A stretch of DNA of 12,534 bases, from positions 1 to 12,534 of the forward strand of contig PWLL01000076.1 in the NCBI GenBank assembly GCA_003559395.1, read 5' to 3'. Within the stretch, counting starts at the first letter, position 1; every line of letters begins with the position of its first letter. This stretch comes from Candidatus Iainarchaeum sp. (lineage in GTDB: Archaea; Iainarchaeota; Iainarchaeia; Iainarchaeales; CSSED10-239). The translations under genes were made by a program, and so were the position numbers. The notes beneath the pieces are model-generated. The model was not told where the DNA came from, searched no databases, and was given only the letters and a program-made list of their open reading frames with translations. Shown here piece by piece: positions 7,106 through 12,534 of this stretch.

Positions 7106-7962
7106 AAGAAGCACTTTTTTATAAAAAACAAGATAATAATGTTGTTTGTGAAGCATGTTATAGAAATTGTTTTATTCAAGAAAATCAAACAGGTTTTTGT
7201 GGTGTAAGAAAAAACATTAAAGGAAAACTATATTCTTTAGTCTATAATAAACCAGTTGCTGTTCATATCGACCCTATAGAAAAAAAACCAATCTTTAGAT
7301 ATCTAGAAAAAACAAATACCTTAAGCATAGGGACAATGGGTTGTAACTTTGATTGTGCTTTTTGTCAAAACTATGAGATTTCAAAAATAGATCAAAAAGA
7401 AATCTTTCAAGAAATAATTACTCCTGAAACAATCGTTGGACTTGCAAAACAAAACAATTGTTCTTCTATATCTTATACTTATACAGAACCAACTGTTTTT
7501 GTAGAATATGCCTTAGAAACTATGAAACTTGCAAAACAAAACAACCTTAAAAACATCTGGGTAACAAACGGATATATGACAGATCAAGTTTTAGAAGAAA
7601 TATCTAAATATCTAGATGCTGTAAATGTTGATCTTAAAGGAGATAAACAATTTTATTTAGATGTTGTAAATAACATAGATTTAGAAAAAGTAAAACAAAA
7701 CATAAAAAAGATTTATAAAAAAGGAATACATATAGAAATAACAAATCTTTTGATAGAAGGATATAATACAAAAAAACAACAGATAGAAGAAATTGTTGAA
7801 TTTATAGCAAACATCTCAAAAGAAATACCCATACATTTTACAAGATGTTTTCCATGCTATAAGCTAACAAACATAAAACCAACAAAGATAGAAACAATAA
7901 AACAAGCAAAAAAGATAGCAGAAGAAAAAGGTCTTAAACATGTTTTTGTTGGAAATGTTTAG
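7102..7962 (+). CDS. amrS: AmmeMemoRadiSam system radical SAM enzyme (PFL-activase-like)
   Basis: CNFDCAFC (CxxxCxxC, nt 7342-7365) is the radical SAM cluster motif. The N-terminal Cys-rich segment CEACYRNC...GFCGVRKN is typical of this family. The ATG overlaps the upstream stop (ATGA, 7102-7105), and GAGG lies 7 nt upstream, indicating translational coupling. Confidence 0.88.
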   Translation: MKEALFYKKQDNNVVCEACYRNCFIQENQTGFCGVRKNIKGKLYSLVYNKPVAVHIDPIEKKPIFRYLEKTNTLSIGTMGCNFDCAFCQNYEISKIDQKEIFQEIITPETIVGLAKQNNCSSISYTYTEPTVFVEYALETMKLAKQNNLKNIWVTNGYMTDQVLEEISKYLDAVNVDLKGDKQFYLDVVNNIDLEKVKQNIKKIYKKGIHIEITNLLIEGYNTKKQQIEEIVEFIANISKEIPIHFTRCFPCYKLTNIKPTKIETIKQAKKIAEEKGLKHVFVGNV

Positions 7963-7966
7963 TTTT

Positions 7967-9343
7967 TTATAAGAAATAAGGTATAACATTTAAAAGCAAT
8001 AACAAAACAATGAGAATGCCAAAAAACTTAAATACTTTTTTCATGTTCTTTTTATTAGTTCCTTTCTTAAGATATCTAGAAAAAATAACCTGCGACATAA
8101 ATCCTCCATCAAAAGGAATCATTGGCAAAAAGTTAACAGAAGAGATAATAAGGTTTAATAGAGCTATCCAGGTTATTATTGCTAATAGACTTTTTAAAAA
8201 AGAATAGTTTTTAGGAACTACAAACTCTTTATTTTCAGCAAAGTCAATAGAAAAACCATAGGTCCCTTGTTCGTTTGGTTTTATAAGCTCTGTTCTTTGT
8301 TCTTGTGTTTCTAGATTCTTTAGAACAAATTTGTTTTCTTGATCTTTTATGGTTGCGTTTCTTATGTCTGCACTATTGTTAATAGGTTCATTGTTTATAG
8401 AAACTATAAGATCTTCTTCTTTAAGAACACCATAGGCAGGAGAAATAACATCAACTCCATCAATACTAAGCGTTTCTGAAACATTAGTTACTTTTATGCC
8501 AATTCTGTTTTGTGATTCAATTTCTGAAAAATAAGGACTTGCAAAAATACTTAGTATAAAAAGAATTATAAAGAAAATAACAGCAATAACTGCATTACTT
8601 GTAGGACCTGAAGAATACATTTTTACAAGCTTGTGTTTGTTTGTTTTTTCCATTTCTTTTTGGTCTGGCTCAACAAAGGCTCCAAAAGGAAATATTCCTG
8701 CCAAGATTACACCAATAGACTTTATTTTTAGCTTAAATTTTTTAAGCATTGCTCCGTGAAAAAACTCATGTATTGCTGCAGAAAAGATTAAGATTATCCA
8801 TCCATACCAAGGTATGAAAAAATCAATCTTTGGAGTTCTTATTCCAGGCAACACTAAACCAACGCCTGGCATTGCTGTTTCTCCAGCTAATGTTTTAATG
8901 ATTATGTCTACTCCTGAAAAGATTAAAGAAGCAATCGTAAGCCCACTAAAACCCATAAGCCCTGTCATAAAAATTATTAGATATCCACCCCATAGACTAA
9001 TCATGGGGTTATTTAAAAAAACAGAGCCTACTAAAAAATAAACCACAAAAGAAATAACAAAGGTATTAAAAACAAATAAAAAAAATCTTTTAAGCTTAGA
9101 TGTTTTTTTGTTTCTATTTAGATAATCTATACCAAAAGCACCAAAACCAACAACAACACCAATCGTTGCAAGTTTTTCAACAAACTTTTTTTTTGACAAC
9201 CATTCAACAATACTCATAAGTTTTTTTGTTTTAACTAAGATAAACAGTCCTAAAAAATTATCCAGTTTTAGAAACTTTTTAGCTAAAAAAGCAATGATTG
9301 CTAAAGCAATTAACACAATGAAGGCCCATGAAAGAAAAGACAT
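7967..9343 (-). CDS. Site-2 protease family (M50) intramembrane zinc metalloprotease with PDZ domain
   Basis: There are multiple TM segments. The HEFFH (HExxH) motif lies around nt 8755-8775 on the minus strand. The second signature NFLPMIPFDGG (NxxPxxxxDG) lies near the C-terminus. A PDZ-like insert (GIKVTNVSE...GVLKEEDLIVSINNEPINNSADI) sits between them. Confidence 0.85.
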   Translation of the reverse strand: MSFLSWAFIVLIALAIIAFLAKKFLKLDNFLGLFILVKTKKLMSIVEWLSKKKFVEKLATIGVVVGFGAFGIDYLNRNKKTSKLKRFFLFVFNTFVISFVVYFLVGSVFLNNPMISLWGGYLIIFMTGLMGFSGLTIASLIFSGVDIIIKTLAGETAMPGVGLVLPGIRTPKIDFFIPWYGWIILIFSAAIHEFFHGAMLKKFKLKIKSIGVILAGIFPFGAFVEPDQKEMEKTNKHKLVKMYSSGPTSNAVIAVIFFIILFILSIFASPYFSEIESQNRIGIKVTNVSETLSIDGVDVISPAYGVLKEEDLIVSINNEPINNSADIRNATIKDQENKFVLKNLETQEQRTELIKPNEQGTYGFSIDFAENKEFVVPKNYSFLKSLLAIITWIALLNLIISSVNFLPMIPFDGGFMSQVIFSRYLKKGTNKKNMKKVFKFFGILIVLLLLLNVIPYFL

Positions 9344-9398
9344 AATAGATCATTAATTAGTTTTTATAAATAATATATATGTAAAAACATTTATATAG

Positions 9399-10295
9399 TT
9401 ATTTATTAAGATTTTCTTTATCTAGGAATTTTAAAACAAATGAGCCTTCTTTTACTCCTTCGTTATATAGTTTTTTTAGTTTTTTTTCTTTTGTACTTAT
9501 TTTTCTAATATTCATATTTGGATAAACAACAAAAGTGTTTGGAAATTTTTCAAGTTTGTTAATAGAGGGTTTATCAAAAAAATGAACTAGATAATAAGAA
9601 GCAAAATCCAAACCAAAAAATCTAGACTTAAACAAAAAATGAATAAATTTTATTGGAATTTCAACAAAAGAATACCATCTTGTTCTTTTTTCATTTAAGA
9701 TGTATATTATTTGTTTGTTTGGGTTTTCTTTTATAATTTTTACAAACTCATTGTTTGGAACAAGTTCTCCATCAAAATAATGAGTATATCTTGTTTTTTG
9801 ATAGATGTAGGGAGGAAGATGAGAAGAAATATTTATTGTTTCAAGAGTGTTTCTTTTTCCATCCATATATCTAAAAGTTAAGTTTTTTGTATCAAATATC
9901 TTTACATAGAAGTTGATGGCCATGTTTTTTAGAACTCTTGTATTTATTTTATTTCTTGTTCTTTGTATGCTTTTTAGGACTTCTAGATCCATGATATGCA
10001 TATGTCTTCTAAAAACAATCAAATCAAATAATTTTTTAAAAATCTCCTTTAAAGATAGTTTTTTTATAAATGTGTGTCTTTTGGACAAAAGTTCGTCTGT
10101 ATATAGTTCACTTGTTCTAATTATTTTTTTAGAAAGAAAATAAGCACCCATCTGTGCGCCAGCAGAAACACCATAGACACTATGTATTCTATCATAGATG
10201 TTTGCTTTTTCAAAAGCAGAAATTACACCTGCACAAAAAAAGCCAGTCATCGCCCCTCCTTCAATAATAAGAATTATATCTCTTTTTGGTTGCAT
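9399..10295 (-). CDS. Patatin-like phospholipase domain protein
   Basis: The N-terminal glycine-rich oxyanion motif is IIEGGAMTGFF, a variant of GGxxxG (around 10241-10262). The nucleophile elbow is GVSAG (GxSxG, around 10155-10178). A downstream FDGE matches the catalytic Asp-Gly of the Ser-Asp dyad. Confidence 0.78.
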   Translation of the reverse strand: MQPKRDIILIIEGGAMTGFFCAGVISAFEKANIYDRIHSVYGVSAGAQMGAYFLSKKIIRTSELYTDELLSKRHTFIKKLSLKEIFKKLFDLIVFRRHMHIMDLEVLKSIQRTRNKINTRVLKNMAINFYVKIFDTKNLTFRYMDGKRNTLETINISSHLPPYIYQKTRYTHYFDGELVPNNEFVKIIKENPNKQIIYILNEKRTRWYSFVEIPIKFIHFLFKSRFFGLDFASYYLVHFFDKPSINKLEKFPNTFVVYPNMNIRKISTKEKKLKKLYNEGVKEGSFVLKFLDKENLNK

Positions 10296-10319
10296 GTTCT
10301 TTCTATTTGTTTTCTTCTT

Positions 10320-10333
10320 TTATATATATATAA
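10320..10333. promoter_or_regulatory. Palindromic TATA element in the divergent patatin/FEN-1 intergenic region
   Basis: ttatatatatataa is a perfect 14-nt palindrome centred about 31 nt from the patatin start codon (10295). This fits a leaderless or near-leaderless minus-strand transcript. Further TATA-like boxes (tttataa, aataatata) lie closer to the FEN-1 ATG. Confidence 0.35.
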
Positions 10334-10421
10334 GAAAGATGTTATTTATAATCTTTTTGTTTATAACAATATCTTTAAAAGTTGTTTTTATCTTAATAAT
10401 ATAACAAAGGAAAGATTAATT

Positions 10422-11465
10422 ATGGGAATTGCAATAGGCTCACTAATAGATAATAATCTAAAAGAAAAGATAGAAATTAAAGCTTTAAAAAATAAAAGAC
10501 TTGGAGTAGATGCCTTTAACACCATCTATCAGTTTATTACAACTATAAGATCTATTGATGGAACACCACTAACAAACCAAAAAGGAGAAATTACAAGCCA
10601 TCTAAACGGAATCTTCTATAGACTTTCAAATCTTTTAGGAGAAGGACTAAAACCAGTGTTTGTTTTTGATGGTACAAGCCATAAACTAAAAGATCAAACC
10701 AAAAAACAAAGAAGAGATAGAAGAACACTTGCAAAAGAAAAATACGATCTGGCAGTTGATCAAGGAGATACAATAAACGCACAAAAATACGCAAAACAAT
10801 CACAAACAATCTCAGATAAGATAATAGAAGAATCAAAAGAATTGTTAGAAGCATTTGGTGTGCCATGTATAACTGCACCAGGAGAAGCAGAAGCACAAAT
10901 TTCTATGATGACTAAAAATAACCAACTTGACTATACTGTTTCTCAAGACTATGATTGTTTGTTGTTTGGATCACCAAACCTTATAAGAAACATAAACGTT
11001 ACTGGAAAAAGAAAGGTTGTTTCAAAGAACATATATGTTGATAGTTTTCCTTATGTTATTCATACTAATAAGCTTTTAGATCATCTATATATATCACATA
11101 GACAATTGTTGTGGATGTCTATTCTAATAGGAACAGATTTTAATAAAAAGATAGAAGGTGTTGGTCCAAAAACAGCTATAAAGCTTGTAAAAGAATATGA
11201 TAATTTTGAAGATATTATCTCTTATCTAGATTCAAAGAAAAAAGAAATTCCTTTTGAATATAAAGAAGTAGAGAATATTTTCTTAGAACCAAACGTAGAT
11301 TTATCTTTAACTTATCAACAACCAAAGCTTGATAAAGAAAAAATAATTGATATCTTAGTCAATAGAGCAGACTTTGATGAAGAAAGAGTAAAAAATCATT
11401 TAGAAAAGTTTTTAAAAAAAAAAGAAGAACAAGAAAAGCAAAAAACCATCGATAGATGGTTTTAG
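10422..11465 (+). CDS. fen: Flap endonuclease 1 (FEN-1), archaeal type, with C-terminal PCNA-interacting PIP box
   Basis: The N-terminus MGIAIGSLI and the blocks LGVDAFNTIYQF, GEITSHLNG, KPVFVFDG, APGEAEAQ and SQDYDCLLFG are the XPG-N/XPG-I signature blocks. The C-terminal QKTIDRWF matches the PIP consensus QxxIxxWF. The track's 427-aa ORF starting at 10182 over-extends into the oppositely oriented patatin gene. ATG 10422 gives a canonical 347-aa protein. Confidence 0.92.
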   Translation: MGIAIGSLIDNNLKEKIEIKALKNKRLGVDAFNTIYQFITTIRSIDGTPLTNQKGEITSHLNGIFYRLSNLLGEGLKPVFVFDGTSHKLKDQTKKQRRDRRTLAKEKYDLAVDQGDTINAQKYAKQSQTISDKIIEESKELLEAFGVPCITAPGEAEAQISMMTKNNQLDYTVSQDYDCLLFGSPNLIRNINVTGKRKVVSKNIYVDSFPYVIHTNKLLDHLYISHRQLLWMSILIGTDFNKKIEGVGPKTAIKLVKEYDNFEDIISYLDSKKKEIPFEYKEVENIFLEPNVDLSLTYQQPKLDKEKIIDILVNRADFDEERVKNHLEKFLKKKEEQEKQKTIDRWF

Positions 11466-11480
11466 TGTTTTTTATTTTTC
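11466..11480 (+). terminator. Oligo-T terminator after fen
   Basis: tgttttttatttttc lies directly after the TAG stop, with T6 and T5 runs. Confidence 0.45.
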
Positions 11481-11553
11481 TACTAGCTACTACTATTTTA
11501 AACAAAATTTAAAGAAAAATCGTTTTTTAAAGTTTTTGGTCAATAAATATGTT

Positions 11554-12312
11554 ATGTACTTAGAAAAAGGAAAATCTAATTTATTGACTAAAAAATTAGT
11601 CTCTATATTAGAATATAAAAAAACAAAATTTATTACTAAAGAAGAATTAATATCATTAATAAAAGATCATGTGCCTTCTAAAAATCCTTTAAGATTAATT
11701 AAAAATCTAATTAATGCTAAAATATTAATAAGTATAAAAAAAAATAATTATGTTTATGTTCCAGTGTCATCTATAGATAAAAAACCAACTGTATCAGAGT
11801 TTGAAATAAATGAAGTATATTTAGGACAAAATAATAAATATTATATAGGCTTAACAAACGCACTTAATTTTCACGGGTTTACGACTCAAGTGCCTAACAA
11901 GTTGTTTGTATTTAATACAAAATATAATATAGAAAAAAATATAATAAACTATAAAATAAAATATATAAAAGTATCAGAAGATAAATTATATGGAGCAATA
12001 TTTAATAAATATCCTTATTCTGATAAAGAAAAAACAATTATTGATATATTAAATTATTTTAAACATGTAGATTCTTTAGATAATATATTATATATGATAA
12101 AACAAAATAAAGATCTATTAGATGAAAATAAACTTATAAGATATGCTAAAAAACAAAAATCTATTAAACTTCTTAAATTAATAGGCATAATTACAGAAAA
12201 TAATGATTTATATGAATTTTTAAGAAATACAAAAAAACTAAACTATTATACAAAAATAAGAAATACAAAAAATAAAAAAAAATATAAAACATGGAAAATA
12301 ATATTGATATAA
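11554..12312 (+). CDS. AbiEi-like antitoxin / transcriptional regulator (type IV toxin-antitoxin, abortive infection AbiE)
   Basis: The N-terminal region looks like a wHTH (LLTKKLVSILEYKKTKFITKEELISLIK). The central YYIGLTNALNFHGFTTQVP and the later SDKEKTIIDIL resemble the conserved AbiEi blocks. It overlaps an AbiEii-type toxin ORF by 22 nt. I prefer ATG 11554 over the track's TTG 11536. Confidence 0.65.
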   Translation: MYLEKGKSNLLTKKLVSILEYKKTKFITKEELISLIKDHVPSKNPLRLIKNLINAKILISIKKNNYVYVPVSSIDKKPTVSEFEINEVYLGQNNKYYIGLTNALNFHGFTTQVPNKLFVFNTKYNIEKNIINYKIKYIKVSEDKLYGAIFNKYPYSDKEKTIIDILNYFKHVDSLDNILYMIKQNKDLLDENKLIRYAKKQKSIKLLKLIGIITENNDLYEFLRNTKKLNYYTKIRNTKNKKKYKTWKIILI

Positions 12313-12534
12313 AAAGATATATTTTAGAAATATCTAATAGAGAACAATTTAACGCAAATGTTTTAGAGAAAGATTACTATTTATCTAAGTTATTGATATC
12401 TATGGCTGAAGACCCAATAAATAATCTTGTTTTTAAAGGTGGCACTTGCTTAAATAAATGTTATTTAGGTTTTTATAGATTAAGTGAAGATATAGATTTT
12501 ATTTATAATGAAGATTTAACAAATTTAACAAAAA
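12291..12534 (+). CDS. AbiEii/AbiGii-family nucleotidyltransferase toxin, N-terminal fragment (continues past the window end)
   Basis: This ORF is not in the supplied track because it has no stop in the window. I translated it by hand from ATG 12291: MENNIDIKRYILEISNREQFNANVLEKDYYLSKLLISMAEDPINNLVFKGGTCLNKCYLGFYRLSEDIDFIYNEDLTNLTK. The pattern EKDY..S..L......LVFKGGT.L.K.Y....R.SEDIDF is the hallmark N-terminus of DUF1814/AbiEii nucleotidyltransferases. Confidence 0.75.
   Translation, partial: MENNIDIKRYILEISNREQFNANVLEKDYYLSKLLISMAEDPINNLVFKGGTCLNKCYLGFYRLSEDIDFIYNEDLTNLTK

Noticed and set aside
8010-9041. Plus-strand ORFs 8010-8207 and 8814-9041
   Set aside because: They lie antisense within the M50 protease gene, which carries the HExxH and NxxPxxxxDG signatures. 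They are most likely shadow ORFs.
9913-10404. Plus-strand ORFs 9913-10143 and 10198-10404
   Set aside because: They lie antisense to the patatin gene or span the intergenic promoter region. They are hydrophobic low-complexity translations of T-rich sequence.
10182-10421. N-terminal 80-aa extension of the FEN-1 ORF in the track (427 aa, starting at 10182)
   Set aside because: The extension overlaps the patatin gene on the opposite strand and the divergent promoter region. It is low-complexity and hydrophobic. Canonical FEN-1 begins with MGI/MGV, which matches ATG 10422 exactly.
10591-10896. Minus-strand ORF 10591-10896
   Set aside because: It lies antisense inside FEN-1. It is a Leu-rich shadow frame with no start context.
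1-12534. CRISPR arrays, rRNA genes, transposases or integrases
   Set aside because: I saw no regularly spaced direct repeats of CRISPR size. The only tandem repeats are in-frame coding repeats of the GLUG/propeller gene. No ORF shows DDE, serine or tyrosine recombinase signatures.

Overview
This is a very AT-rich archaeal window. The archaeal call rests on a FEN-1 flap endonuclease with a C-terminal PIP box, an archaeal-style tRNA-Gly without encoded CCA, and TATA-like boxes about 25-30 nt upstream of starts with little or no leader. Gene content and compact proteins suggest a small-genome (DPANN-like) archaeon, but that is inference. In order, the window contains: (1) a large GLUG-motif repeat protein, truncated at its 5' end, with a seven-blade BNR/Ycf48-like beta-propeller embedded in it. 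(2) A tight three-gene block of a small membrane protein, an unusually short divergent PLP (Orn/DAP/Arg-type) decarboxylase and an agmatinase-family ureohydrolase. (3) tRNA-Gly(UCC). (4) A HIT-family protein. (5) A complete AmmeMemoRadiSam system packed into two translationally coupled genes: a Memo-like B domain fused to an AMMECR1-like A domain, plus the radical SAM partner. A 28-codon Cys-periodic small ORF sits directly upstream. (6) On the minus strand, an M50 site-2 protease with a PDZ domain and a patatin-like phospholipase. (7) FEN-1. (8) An AbiEi/AbiEii (type IV toxin-antitoxin / abortive infection) pair. Its toxin gene runs off the window and is not in the supplied ORF track. The best candidates for uncharacterised biology are the fused AmmeMemoRadiSam locus (biochemical function unknown in any organism) with its candidate peptide ORF, the minimal decarboxylase/agmatinase operon, and the chimeric GLUG/propeller surface protein. 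I saw no CRISPR array, rRNA or transposase. All calls rest on motif recognition by eye. No database search was run.
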